Source of the DNA: Squalus acanthias
Taxonomy: Eukaryota
Assembly: GCA_030390025.1 (NCBI GenBank)
Contig: JASTWF010000327.1
Location: 310,001-374,000 of the forward strand
Length of the DNA: 64,000 nucleotides
Direction: 5' to 3'
The stretch's first letter is position 1. Each line of letters opens with the position of its first letter. The position numbers were made by a program, and so were the translations under genes. Shown here piece after piece: positions 24,460 through 37,010 of this stretch. The notes beneath the pieces are model-generated. The model saw nothing but the letters and a program-made list of their open reading frames with translations. It had not been told where the DNA came from and searched no databases.

Positions 24460-24876
24460 GTGTTTTAATAATGGGGCCTGGGGCCGCACTCGGGGTGTGT
24501 GCAGCCCGCGTCCCCCCGGGGTTTATTAACCCGCTCCCTGAGCTCTCTCACCTGATGTGTCAGCGGCTGCTGCCAAGGTCCGCGCATGCTCAGCTCACAC
24601 TGCCCGGGTGATTGACGGGAGCTCCGGACCAATAGGAAGAGCGGGGCGGGGCTGGAGGACCGAGCGGGCGGCGGGTCCTCCAACCAATCGGAGTGTGTGA
24701 GGGGCGGGGCTTGACCTTTGAACCTGAACAACAGAAGGTGAGCTGAGCATGCGCGGACCTTGGCAGCAGCCGCTGACACATCAGGTGAGAGAGCTCAGGG
24801 AGCGGGTTAATAAACCCCGGGGGGACGCGGGCTGCACACACCCCGAGTGCGGCCCCAGGCCCCATTATTAAAACAC
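24460..24876. promoter_or_regulatory. Palindromic bidirectional CpG-island promoter (copy B)
   Basis: 139-bp inverted arms 24460-24598 and 24738-24876; core has 2 CCAAT and 2 GGGGCGGGGC; each arm has an NRF1-like GCATGCGC and a CAG|GTGAG donor motif; lies between divergent ZNFs. Confidence 0.75.
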
Positions 24877-25708
24877 CCAGGGTTCCAGGGTTGGAATCCC
24901 CATGTACAGTCCCAGGGCTGGAATCCGGCACCCGGAAGTGGAATTTCAGCCTCAGTGTTACAAGTTTCATCGGTTACAGGCTGGAGAGAGGAATCATTCA
25001 AACTGACCCAGAGCTGTGTGATTGGTTCAGTCTGTGTATCACTGACGGGCCCTTTTAAATTTGAGTGGTCAGGTATTCAAATTCCCAGTAATCTAATCCC
25101 GGATATGAAAGAGGGGAGAGCTGTGTTTAAATCAAAGAGTCTCCTTGGAGATTCTCTGAGTGAAGGACCTGGTCGGCTTGAAACAGCTGAAAAATCGGTT
25201 AAAAATGTCCAATTAGCAGTTTTTGACCAATATCGACTCCCACAGGGATGGGGAATTCTAGAATAAGGAAGGAACCGGTCAGGATTTGAAAGGTCTTTAC
25301 AAAGGATTCGAGGGACTCTTCATTTGGGATCTTTCTTTATTTCATCCACTTGAGAGTTCGATAACAGGCTTCCTCCTGTGAATGTAGAGCTGGATTAGTG
25401 GGCTGTGACGTGTTTACTTGTTCATCTTTTGTTAAATACATTTGGTGAGTGAATTTAAATTTAAAACCAGGTTTGCAGGCGTGATGCTCTATTCACACAT
25501 TAAAAGTGAGTGAGATGCTGTGGGACACATGCTAAGTCCAGTAGCTGAAAATGATTAACAGCCTGGGTTTTGTGTTTAGTGATCACCATGTACAGTCCCA
25601 GGGTTAGAATCCCCACGTGTGAAGGAACATTGTATAGAAACTAGAATTGTCTGTTCTGAATTTCTATCCTGTACTTACAGTGATGACTTTTGTAAACTCC
25701 TTTTACAG

Positions 25709-26413
25709 GGTATTAGAAGGGGAGGATTTGCAGACAGGGAAACTCAAACCAAACATCACGTCAAGATCTGACAGAGTCACTCCATTCATCAGGACCTGAA
25801 TATCATCGGCCTTTGAATGTGGAAGGAGAAATGTTTGTCTGTTCTGTCTGTGGGAAAAGATTTCAAACATCAGTGTGACTGGAAAAGCACCGAGACACAC
25901 ACACCCGAGTGAGAGTGTTCCAGTGCACTGACTGTGGAAAGAGCTTTAACCAGTTACACAGCCTGAAAAAACATCGCACCGTTCACAGCGGGGAGAAACC
26001 GTACACGTGTTCTGTGTGTGGACGAGGCTTCAACTGATCGTCCAACCTGGCGAGACAGAAGGACACCCGCACCACGGAGAAACCGTGGAAATGTGGGGAC
26101 TGTGGGAAGGGATTCAGCTCCCCGTCCGACCTGGAAACTCATCAACGCAGTCACACCGGGGAGAGGCCATTCACCTGCTCTGTGTGTGGGAAGGGGTTCG
26201 CTCAGTCGTCCAGCCTGTTGACGCACCAACGAATTCACACTGGGGAGAGGTCGTTCACCTGCTCCGTGTGTGGGAAGGGTTTCTCTCGATCGTCCAAACC
26301 TGCTGACGCACCAACGAATTCACACTGGGGGGAGGTCGTTCACCTGCTCCGTGTGTGGGAAGGGTTTCTCTCGATCGTACAGCCTGCTGAGACACCAGCG
26401 AGTTCACAAGTGA
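25709..26413 (+). pseudogene. C2H2 ZNF pseudogene
   Basis: Acceptor TTTTACAG at 25701-25708; in-frame TGA at 25876 and 26035; ACG for ATG at 26074; +1 frameshift at ~26297. Confidence 0.85.
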
Positions 26414-26977
26414 CTGCAGGAGTTGGATTCTGATGTTATTGCTGCTGTTAATCACATCCAGGACTGAAATCATTCTGACAGTTGGCGTTTGTTTCTGCTG
26501 ATGTTAATAAACCCCAGCCCAGTTAAAGGGTTAATATTCTGGATATATAGCTGATTGACTTGTTGGGGCTGCAGTGTCCCTTTAAGAACCGTTGTCTGTG
26601 ACCTTTCCCCTTAATTCAGGACTTTCATAAATTATTTGACAAAATTATGAATTTTACTTTAACCCTAAATTGACCTTTGGTACAAAATCTACAATTTATT
26701 GTCTGAAAAGTTCCACTGATTAACATCTCCAATTAGAAAGTGCTGATTAATCCTCGCTGACAATTCTTACTGACTTGCACATTACACACAGTGGCACCTC
26801 CATTATCCACCAGAAAGAAGGGGAATGGGAATTGGTGGAGAATCGAGAGTCCCCAAATGTTGCCCCTCCCGTCTGGTACAGCAATCCCCTCGGCACGGGA
26901 ATGGAGACAAGTCCAATCCAAGTAACGGGCTGAGTTTAATCTTTCTGGGCCTGTGGGATCAGTTTATATCAGACAGG

Positions 26978-28165
26978 AGCTGGATTTCCAGAAGGCATTC
27001 GATAAGGTGCCACATAAAAGGTTACTGCATAAGATAAGACCTCACGGAATTGGGGTAATATATTAGCATGGATAGAGAATTGGCTAACTAACAGAAAGCA
27101 GAGAGTCGGGATAAATGGGTCATTTTCCGGTTGGCAAACGGTAACTAGTGGGGTGCCACAGGGATCGGTGCTGGGGCCTCAACTATTTACAATCTATATT
27201 AATGACTTGGATGAAGGGACCGAGTGTAATGTAGCCAAGTTTGCGGATGATACAAAGATGGGTGGGAAAGCAAGTTGTGCAGAGGATTCAAAGAACCTGC
27301 AAAGGGATATAGACAGGCTAAGTGAGTGGGCAAACATTTGGCAGATGGAGTATAATGTGGGAAAGTGCGAGGTTATACACTTTGGCAGGAAAAATAAAAA
27401 AGCAAATTATTATTTAAATGGAGAGAGATTACAAAATGCTACAGTTCAGAGGGACCTGGGGGTCCTTGTGCATGGAACACAAAAAGTTAGCATGCAGGTA
27501 CAGCAAGTAATCAAAAAGGCAAATGGAATGTTGGCCTTTATTTCAAGGGGGTTGGAGGATAAAAGCAGGGAAGTCCTGCTACAACTGTACAGGGTATTGG
27601 TGAGACCATACCTTGAGTACTGAGTACAGTTTTGGTCTCCTTATTTAAGGAAGGATATACTTGCATTGGAGGCAGTTCAGAGACAATTCACGAGGTTAAT
27701 TCCAGAGATGAGAGGGTTGACTTATGAGGAAAGGTTGAGCAGGCTGGGCCTATATTCATTGGAATTTAGAAGAATGAGAGGTGATCTTATTGAAACATAT
27801 AAGATACTGAGGGGGCTCGACAAGGTAGATGCAGAGAGGATGTTTCCCCTCGTGGGGAAATCTAGAATGCGGGGGCACAGTTTTAAAATAAAGGGTCGCC
27901 CTTTTAGAACTGAGATGAGGAGGAATTTCTTCTCTCAGAGGGTCGTAAATCTGTGGAATTCTCTGCCCCAGAGAGCTGTGGAGGCTGGGTCATTAAATAC
28001 ATTTAAGGTGGAGATAGACAGATTTTTGCAAGATAAGGGAGTGAAGGGTTATGGGGAGCGGGCAGGGAAGTGGCTTTGAGCCCAAGATCAGCCATGATCT
28101 TATTGAATGGCAGAGCAGGCTCGAGGGGCCAAGTGGCCTATTCCTGCTCCTATTTCTTATGTTCA
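26978..28165 (+). mobile_element. 5'-truncated CR1 inserted in the 46-bp minisatellite
   Basis: ORFs 27153-27623 and 27666-28079; CR1 tail. Confidence 0.95.
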
Positions 28166-28169
28166 TATT

Positions 28170-28606
28170 AGGAGGAGATTGGTGTCGGTGACTGTGGGGT
28201 TAGTTTATATCAGACAGGAGGAGATTGGTGTCAGTGTCTGTGGGGCTGGTTTATATCAGACAGGAGGAGATTGGTGTCAGTGACTGTGGGGTTGGTTTCT
28301 TTCAGACAGGAGGAGATTGGTGTCAGTGACTGGGACTGGTTTATATCAGACAGGAGGAGATTGGTGTCAGTGACTGTGGGGTTGGTTTATATCAGACAGG
28401 AGGAGATTGGTGTCAGTGACTGTGGGGTTGGTTTATATCAGACAGGAGGAGATTGGTGACTGTGACTGTGGGGTTGGTTTATATCAGACAGGAGGAGATT
28501 GGTGTCAGTGACTGTGGGGTTGGTTTATATCAGACAGGAGGAGATTGGTGTCAGTGACTGTGGGGTTGGTTTATATCAGACAGGAGGAGATTGGTATCAG
28601 TGACTG
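28170..28606. repeat. 46-bp minisatellite, reverse orientation
   Basis: Tandem ATATCAGACAGGAGGAGATTGGTGTCAGTGACTGTGGGGTTGGTTT. Confidence 0.95.
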
Positions 28607-28851
28607 TATCTAACCCGTACTGTACCTGCCCTGGGAGTGTTTGATGGGACAGTGTAGAGGTAGCTTTACTCTGTATCTAACCCGTGCTGTACCTGCCCTG
28701 GGAGTGTTTGATGGGACAGTGTAGAGGGAGCTTTACTCTGTATCTAACCCGTGCTGTACCTGTCCTGGGAGTGTTTGATGGGACAGTGCAGAGGGAGCTT
28801 TACTCTGTATCTAACCCATGCTGTACCTGCCCTGGGAGTGTTTGATGGGAC
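28604..28851. repeat. 67-bp tandem repeat (CTGTATCTAACCCGTGCTGTACCTGCCCTGGGAGTGTTTGATGGGACAG...)
   Basis: About 3.7 copies starting at 28604, 28671, 28738 and 28805. Confidence 0.95.
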
Positions 28852-28854
28852 TTG

Positions 28855-29248
28855 GAAGAATGAGAGGTGATCGCATTGAAACGTATAAGATTCTGAGGGG
28901 GATTGACAGGGTAGATGCTGAGAGGTTGTTTCTCCTGGCTGGAGAGTCTAGAACTAGGGGACATAGTCTCAGAATAAGGGATGAGCCATATAAGACAGAT
29001 GAGGAGGAATTTCTTCACTCAGAGGATTGTGAATCTTTGGAATTCTCTGCCCCAGAGGGCTGTGGATGCTCAGTCGTTGAGTATATTCAAGGCTGAGATT
29101 GATTTTTGGACTCTGGGGGAATCAAGGGATATGGAGATCGGGCAGGAAAGTGGAGTTGAGGTCGATGATCAGCCATGATCTTATTGAATGGTGGAGCAGG
29201 CTCGAGGGGCCGTATGGCCCACTCCTGCTCCTAATTCTTATGTTCTTA
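28855..29248 (+). mobile_element. CR1 3' fragment
   Basis: RMRGDRIETYKIL...NLWNSLPQ plus tail. Confidence 0.9.
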
Positions 29249-29267
29249 AGCTGACCACTGTGTGTTT

Positions 29268-29575
29268 TTATTCATTCACAGGATGTGGGCATCGCCAGCA
29301 AGGCCAGTATTTATTGCCCATCTCTAATTGCCCTCGAAGGTGGTGGTGAGCCGCCTTCTGAATACAACTGAGTGACTCGCTGGGCCATTTCAGAGAGCAG
29401 TTAAGAGTCAACCACATTGCTGTGGGTCTGGAGTCACCGATAGGCCGGACCAGGTAAGGACGGCAGATTTCCTTCCCTAAAGGACATTAGTGAACCAGAT
29501 GGGTTTTTACGACAATCCGATAGTTTCATGGTCACCATTACTGATACAAACTTTTCATTCCAGATTTATTTAATG
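29268..29575 (-). mobile_element. SINE / LINE-tail-derived dispersed repeat
   Basis: Reverse complement resembles 35280-35430 (GGATTGTCGTAAAAACCCA..CACTAATGTCC) and the 3' end of 35510-35820. Confidence 0.6.
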
Positions 29576-29671
29576 TTGTACTTCATCTTTTTCTGGTGAA
29601 TGAAACATCTTTAAAATCTGAGACAGTGCGTTGTGAGACAAAGAGCCTTGTGTCCAATAAGGGGAATAAGT

Positions 29672-30105
29672 CACCTCTGAGTCAGAAGGTTGTGGGTTCA
29701 GGTCCCACTCCAGGGACTGGAGCACATAAAGCTAGGCTGACACTCCAGTGCAGTGCTGAGGGAGTGCTGCACTGTCAGAAGTGCCGTCTTTCGGCGGAGA
29801 CGTTAAACCGAGGCCCCGTCTGCTCTCTCAGGTGGACGTAAAAGATCCCATGGCACTATTTTGAAGAAGAGTAGGGGAGTTATCCCCGGTGTCCTGGCCA
29901 ATATTTATCCCTCAACCAACATAACAAAAACAGATTATCAGGTCATTAGCATGTTGCTGTTTGTGGGACCTTGCTGTGCGCAAATTGGCTGCCGCGTTTC
30001 CCACATTACAACAGTGACTCCATTTCTAAAGTACTTCATTGGCTGTAAAGCGCTTTGAGACGTCTGGTGGTCGTGAAAGGCGCTATATAAATGCAAGTCT
30101 TTTTC
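29672..30105 (+). mobile_element. Deu-domain SINE (SacSINE1/AmnSINE1-like)
   Basis: tRNA-like B box GGTTCAGGTCC, Deu core GTGCCGTCTTTCGG..GACGTTAAACCGAGGCCCCGTCTGC..GGACGTAAAAGATCCCATGGCACTA, tail GCTATATAAATGCAAGTCTTT. Confidence 0.85.
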
Positions 30106-30139
30106 TTTTAAAGCCCTACAGCCTCCCCTGGCCCTGGGC

Positions 30140-33100
30140 CCTGAACATTCTGAGGGGGGAGGGTGAACAGCCAGAGGTCGTGGTCCATATCGGTACCAAC
30201 GACATAGGTAGAAAGAGGGATGAGGTCCTGCAGGCAGATTTTAGGGCGCTAGGAGAGATTAAAAAGCAGGACCTCAAAGGTAGTAATCTCCGGATTACTC
30301 CCGGTGCCACGCGCTCGTGAGTATAGAAATAGGAGGACAGAGCAGATGAATGTGTGGCTGGAGAGAAGGTGCAGAAGGGAGGGCTTTAGATTCCTGAGGC
30401 ATTGGGACTGGTTCTGGGGGAGGTGGGACCTGTACAGGCCTGAAGGCTTGCACCTCAACAGGGCCGGAACCAATATCCTCACGGGGAGGTTTGCTAGTGC
30501 TGTTGGGGAGGGTTTAAACTAATTTGGCAGGGGGGTGGGCACCAGGATGAAACATTAGAAAGGGGAAATAAAGTGCTCACAGGATTGGGAGAGGCAGAGA
30601 GCACTAAAGTAAGATATAGTAAGGTATTAGGTGAGGTCAAACTAAGAGAGAATACAGGATGGTCTAAGATGGGTTTACAGTGTCTGTATGTGAACGCACG
30701 AAGCGTAGTAAACAAGGTAAGTGAGCTGCAGGCACAAATAGCCACATGGGAATATGATGGTGTGGCAATAACTGAGACCTGGCTCAAAAAAGGGCAGGAT
30801 TGGGTATTAAATATTCCTGGTTATAGAGTGTTCAGGAAAGATAGGGAAGGAAAGGTCGGAGGTGGTGTGGCAGTATTGGTCAAGGAGAATGTTACAGTGC
30901 TGGAGAGGGAGGATGTCCTGGAGGGGTCAAGGACAGAATCTATATGGCTAGAGTTAAGAAATAATAGAGGTGCCATTACACTACTAGGTGTATTCTATAG
31001 ACCACCAAATAGTGGGAAAGATATGGAGGAGCAAATTTGCAGAGAAATTACAGAGAGGTGCAAGAACTATAGAGTAGTGATAATGGGGGACTTCAACTAT
31101 CCTAATATAGACTGGGATCGTAATAGTGTAAAGGGCAGAGAAGGGGAAGAATTTCTGAAGTGTGTTCAGGAGAACTTTCTTGATCAGTATGTTTCCGGCC
31201 CGACGAGGGAGGAGGCATTGCTGGATCTGGTTCTGGGGAATGAGGTAGGTCAAGTGGAGCAAGTGTCAGTCGGTGAACATTTAGGGAACAGTGATCACAG
31301 TATCATAAGGTTTAGATTAGCTATGGAAAAGGACAGGGAGCAATCTAGAGTAAAAATGTTTAACTGGGGGAAGGCCAATTTCAGTGGGATGAGAACGGAT
31401 CTGGCCCGGGTAAACTGGAATCAAAGATTGGCAGGCAAAACTGTAATGGAACAATGGGCTGCCTTTAAAGAGGAAATAGTTCAGGTACAGTTGAGGTACA
31501 TTCCCACTAGGGGGAAAGTCAGGGCTCCCTGGATGACGAAAGAGTTAGAGAATATGATGAAGCAGAAAAAGAGTGCGTATGACAGATGTCCGGTTGCAAA
31601 TACATCTGAGAATCAGGCTATATATAAAAAGGTCAGAGGAGAAGTGAAAAAGAAAATAAGAGGGGCAAAGCGAGGGTATGAGAATAGAATGGCAGCCACT
31701 ATAAAAGGTAATCCAAAAGCCTTCTATAGGCATTTAAATAGTAAAAGGGTAGTAAGAGGAGGGGTGGGGCCAATTAGGGACCAAAAAGGAGACCTATGCA
31801 TGGAGGCAGAGGGCATGGCTGAGGTACTAAACGAGTACTTTGCATCTGTCTTCACCAAGGAAGAGGATGCTGCCATAGACATAGTGAAGGAGGAGGTAGT
31901 GGAGACACTTGATAGGATAAAAATTGATAAAGAGGAGGTATTAGAAAGGCTGGCTGTACTTAAAGTAGATAAATCACCAGGAGCAGATGGGATGCATCCT
32001 AGGATGCTGAGGGAATTGAGGGAGGAAATCACGGAGGTACTGGCCATAATATTCCAATCCTCCTTAGATATGGGGGTGGTGCCAGAGGACTGGAGAATTG
32101 CAAATGTTACACCATTGTTCAAAAAAGGATGCAAGGATAAACCCAGAAACTACAGGCCAGTCAGTTTAACCTCGGTAGTGGGGAAGCTTTTAGAAACAGT
32201 AATCAGGGACAAAATTAATAGTCACTTGGATAGGTGTGGATTAATTAAGGAAAGCCAGAATGCATTTGTTAAAGGCAAATCGTGTTTAACCAACTTGATC
32301 AAGTTTTTTGATGAGGTAACAGAGAGGGTTGATGAGGGTAATGTGGTTGATGTGGTGTACATGGATTTCCAAAAGGCGTTTGACAATGTGCCACATAATA
32401 GGCTTGCCAGCAAAGTTGAAGCCCATGAAATAAAAGGGACAGTGGCAGCATGGATATGAAATTGGCTAAGTGACAGGAAACAGAGAGTAGTGGTGAACGG
32501 TTGTTTTTCGGACTGGAGGAAGGTAGACAGTGGTGTTCTCCAGGGGTCAGTTCTAGGACCACTGCTTTTCTTGATATATATTAATGACTTGGACGTGGGT
32601 GTGGAGAGCACAATTAAAAAATTTGCAGATGACACAAAACTTGGAAGTATAGTGAACAGTGAGGAGGAGAGTGATAGACTTCAGGAAGACATAGACAGGC
32701 TGGTGAAATGGGTGGACACGTGGCAGATGAAATTTAATGCAGAAAAGTGTGAAGTGATACATTTTGGTGGAAAGAATGAGGAGAGGCAATATAAACTAAA
32801 GGGTACAATCCTAAAGTGGGTGCACGAACAGAGAGACCTAGGGGTCTGTGTGCACAAATCCTTGAAGGTGGCAGGGCAGGTTGAGAAAGCAGTTGAAAGG
32901 CTTATGGGACCCTGGACTTAATAAATAGAGGTGTAGAGTACAAAAGTGTGGAAATGATGATGAAACACTGGTTTGGCCCCAACTGGAGTACTGTGTCCAA
33001 TTCTGGGCACCACACTTCAGGAAGGATGTGAAGGCCTTAGAGAAGGTGCAGAAAAGATTTACGAGAATGATTCCAGGAATAAGGGACATCAGTTACCTTG

Positions 33101-33531
33101 ATAGACTGGAGAAGCTGGGGTTGTTCTCCTTAGAGCAGAGAAGGTTGAGAGGAGATTTGATAGAGGTGTTCAAAATCATGAGGGGTCTAGACAGAGTAGA
33201 TAGAGAGAAACTGTTCCCATTGGCAGAAGGGTCGAGAACCAGAGGACACAGATTTAAGGTGATTGGCAAAAGAATCAAAGGTGACATGGGGAAAAACTTT
33301 TTACGCAGTGAGTGGTTATGATCTGGAATACACTGCCTGAAAGGGTGGTGGAGGCAGATTCAATTGTGGCTTTCAAAAGGGAATTGGATGAGTACCTGAA
33401 GGACAAAAATTTGCAGGGCTACGGGGAAAGGGCGGGGGAGTGGGACTCGCTGAAGTGCTCTTGCAGAGAGCTGGCACGGGCTCGACGGGCTGAATGGCCT
33501 CCTTCTGTGCTGTAACCATTCTATGATTCTA
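30140..33531 (+). mobile_element. Long CR1 LINE: SGNH-esterase ORF1 remnant plus disrupted ORF2
   Basis: VVVHIGTNDIG and GLHLN (SGNH blocks); CLYVNARSV endonuclease start; RT; stop at 32457 and later frameshifts; ATTCTATG tail. Confidence 0.95.
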
Positions 33532-34225
33532 CGAACACATTAAACCTTCATAGAATAATTACCAGTCATTTTTAGACTGGAAACCTAACCCTGCCGTTTC
33601 ATTTTCAGTCAGGAACAGATCGCAGTTTGACACCAATCTCTGATTTGACAGCACGTTTCCAGCATTCACCGTTGTTCTTCCTGACTCTAAACACAGTTGT
33701 AAAGGAGCCTTCTGCTCCGTGCCTAGGAGCTCTGAACCATGGAAGAGAGCGGCTGGGACACATTTCTTACAGGCCTCAAGATTAACCCGCACAGAGACTT
33801 TCCTTTCAGTGAAGAGAGACGAGAAAGACCAAAGTGCCGTTTGCCCCTCTCAGTGTGGCCCTGAAGGACTGTGTCCAGGCTGAAGTTCTGTTCCCGCCGT
33901 ACGATCCTCCCCCAGATTGTCCTTTCTGAGCTCCAGCCAGGTGATGCTAAACACTCAGGTGGGAAAGACAAAAATCTACAACAATGTGTTTAACACAAAG
34001 CTGATTCATTTGACATATGTCCAGAATATTAAACTCCAACCCAGCTACAGGCGTTATTAACATCAGCAGAAACAAACCCCAACTGTCAGAATGAACATGA
34101 TTCAGTCCGAGATGTGATTAATAGCAGCAAAAACATCAGAATCCAACCTCTGCAGTCACTTGTGAACTCGCTGGTGTGTCAGCAGATCCTTTTTGCTTTT
34201 AAATCTCTTCTCACAGTAAGAACAG

Positions 34226-35110
34226 TTAAAAGGCACCCTTATCAGTGTGAACTCGCTGGTGTTTCAGCAGGCTGGATGACTGAGTGAATCCCTTCCCACA
34301 CTCAGTGCAGGTTAACAGTCTCTCCCCAGTGTGAGTGCGCTGGTGTACAGTGAGGTGAGATTGTTGCCTGAACCCAGTCCCGCAGTGAGAGCACCTGAAC
34401 GGTCTCTCGTCAGTGTGAACACGTTGATGGCACATCAGTTCCCCGGAACTTTTATAGCACTTCCCGCAGTCCGGGCATTTAAAAGGTCTCTCCTCAGTGT
34501 GAACTCGCTGGTGTGTCAACAGGTGGGAGGACTGAGTGAATCCCTTCCCACACTCAGAGCAGTTGAACGGCCTCTCCCCAGTGTGAACTCGCTGGTGTGT
34601 CAGCAGATTGAATGAACACGTGAATCCCTTTCCACACTCAGAGCAGTTGAACGGTCTCTCCCCGGTGTGAAGTCGCTGGTGTGTCAGCAGATTGGATGAC
34701 TGAGTGAATCCCTTCCCACACTCAGAGCAGTTGAATGGCCTCTCCCCAGTGTGAACTCGCTGGTGTCTCAGCAGGGTGGATGAACACGTGAATCCCTTCC
34801 CACACTCCGAGCAGATAAACAGCCTCTCCCCACTGTGAACTCGCTGGTGTGTCAGCAGGTTGGATGAACACTTGAATCCCTTCCCACACTCGGAGCAGGT
34901 GAACGGTCTCTCCCCAGTGTGAACTCGCTGGTGTCTCAGCAGGTGGGATGAACGAGTGAATCCCTTCCCACACTCGGAGCAGGTGAACGGCCTCTCCCCA
35001 GTGTGACTGCGCTTGTGTCTCGACAGGCCAGAGGATTGGCTGAAGCCTCGTCCACACACAGAACACGTGTACGGTTTCTCCCCGCTCTGAACGGTGCTTT
35101 CTGCTTCCAT
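34226..35110 (-). CDS. C2H2 zinc-finger protein, 10 fingers (an 11th finger, ending at 34156, lost by a +1 frameshift)
   Basis: [14 protein letters not shown] start; the frame is also open back to the acceptor at ~35205. Confidence 0.85.
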   Translation of the reverse strand: MEAESTVQSGEKPYTCSVCGRGFSQSSGLSRHKRSHTGERPFTCSECGKGFTRSSHLLRHQRVHTGERPFTCSECGKGFKCSSNLLTHQRVHSGERLFICSECGKGFTCSSTLLRHQRVHTGERPFNCSECGKGFTQSSNLLTHQRLHTGERPFNCSECGKGFTCSFNLLTHQRVHTGERPFNCSECGKGFTQSSHLLTHQRVHTEERPFKCPDCGKCYKSSGELMCHQRVHTDERPFRCSHCGTGFRQQSHLTVHQRTHTGERLLTCTECGKGFTQSSSLLKHQRVHTDKGAF

Positions 35111-35509
35111 GTTCAAAGGTCCTGATGAATCGAGTGACTCTGTCAGATCTTGAAGTGATGTTTGGTTTGAGTTTCCCGTCTGAAAATCCTCCCCTTCGAA
35201 CACCCTGTAAAATGAATTTGAAACAGGAAAAAGGGAGGGTGAGAGAGAACCCACAAAAACACAAAGGCAGGTTGTGAAATTGAGCTGAATGAATCTGGGA
35301 ATTTGTGGGGCCGGCACTAGAAAAAAGTGACCATGAAAGCGGCCGGATTGTCGTAAAAACCCAACTGGTTCACTAATGTCCTTCAGGGAAGGGAACCAGC
35401 CACCCGGTCTGGGCCTACACAAGACTCTGGGCTCTATGGGAGGAGAGAGAGCGAGGTGGGAGGGGGAGGGGTGAAGGAGTGACTTTATACATCTGCAACT
35501 CGACTAGAA

Positions 35510-35822
35510 CTTTGACAGCACCTCCCAAACACGCGACCTCCACCACCTAGAAGGACAAGGGCAGCAGGTGCATGGGAACACCATCACCTCCCAGTTCCCC
35601 TCCAAGTCACACACTATCCTGACTTGGGCATATATTGCCGTTCCTACATCGTCGCTGGGTGAAAATCCTGGAACTCCTCACCTAACAGCATTCTGAGAGT
35701 ACCTTCACCACACGGACTGCAGAGGTTCAAGAAGAAGGCCCAGCATCACCTTCTCAACGGGCAACTGGGGACTGGCAATATATGCTGGCCTTGCTAGTGA
35801 CACCCACATCGAATGAATTTTA
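35510..35822 (+). mobile_element. LINE (CR1/L2-type) 3' tail fragment, repeated at ~48630 and ~58520
   Basis: GACAGCACCTCCCAAAC..CCACCTAGAAGGACAAGGGCAGCAG; three paralogous copies. Confidence 0.6.
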
Positions 35823-36265
35823 AAAATCTGTTTTTATAAAATGGATTGAAAGCCTCTACAGAAATACTTGTTCCTAAAACAATAATCTTTTACACTGTAT
35901 GGACAGTGTCTGTTTAGCAACTTAATCTCCCCTGGAATCCACCTCCCTTCACAGACTCACATTGGAAATTGTTGGGTCCCACTGGGCTCATAAGTACTGG
36001 GAGTTAAACCCAGCAGCTTCTCCCCCCTCTCCACTCCAGCTCAAACTGATGCAACAAGAAAGCCGGGAGGCCGGGGACCGAGTTCCACATCCACCGCCCA
36101 CCCTGATGCTAACCGGCTCTGAATTGCTCCCTCTGCTGTATAAATGCAAGTTGTTGTGTTTCTTGTCTGGGGGAAGCGCTGCACCCTGGGGTTAATGGTG
36201 CCGGGGCCCTGGCCGCACGTCCGCCGGCTCTGACTCGGGGCCTGAGACCCGCACTCGGTGTTGCT

Positions 36266-36467
36266 GAGGGATTCTAACCCTGGGACTGTACATGGGGATT
36301 CCAACCCTGGGACTGTACATGGGGATTCTAACCCTGGGACTGTACATGGGGATTCTAACCCTGGGACTGTACATGGGGATTCCAACCCTGGGACTGTACA
36401 TGGGGATTCCAACCCTGGGACTGTACATGGGGATTCCAGCCCTGGGACTGTACATGGGGATTCCAAC
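36266..36467. repeat. 27-bp minisatellite, ~7 copies
   Basis: Same unit as the 17718 array. Confidence 0.95.
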
Positions 36468-37010
36468 TGAGACTGGACAGGGGGGCCCAGCTCTGGGGCT
36501 CTTCTGTTACAATTGTGTGGGATGTTAACCGTATGCTTTGCTGTTACCAGCGCCTTCAGGAGAGATGGTGAGAAATTCGAAGTGTGGAGAGTTTGAATCA
36601 AATACCAGATGGCTTGCATCCCTGGTTGCCAAGGGAATTGGGGAAGGAGATAGCGGAAGGGCTTGCCATAATTTTCCAATCTTCCCCAGTGGCAAATGTG
36701 ACACCATTGTTCAAGAAAAGGTGTGAGGAAAATCCTAGTAACTACAGGCCGGTCAGTTTAACATCAGTGGTCGGTAAAGTTTTAGAAACAATAATCAAGG
36801 AAAAAAATTAACGGGCATTTGGAGAGATTTAAGCTCATTAAGGGGAGCCAACATGGGTTTGTAAAAGGCAGACCATGTTTGACTAATCTAATTGAATTTT
36901 TTGATGAAGTAACAGGGAGGACTGATGAAGGGAATGCAATGGATGTTGTCCACATGGATTTTCGGAAGGCGTTTGACAAAGCACCACATAGAAGGATTGT
37001 TAACAAAATT

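Noticed and set aside
35205..35422. N-terminal ORF extension MCRPRPGG... (also 58213-58429)
   Set aside because: Starts at a non-ATG codon, runs through an intronic SINE-like fragment and polypyrimidine tract, and is closed by a stop in the 48 kb paralog
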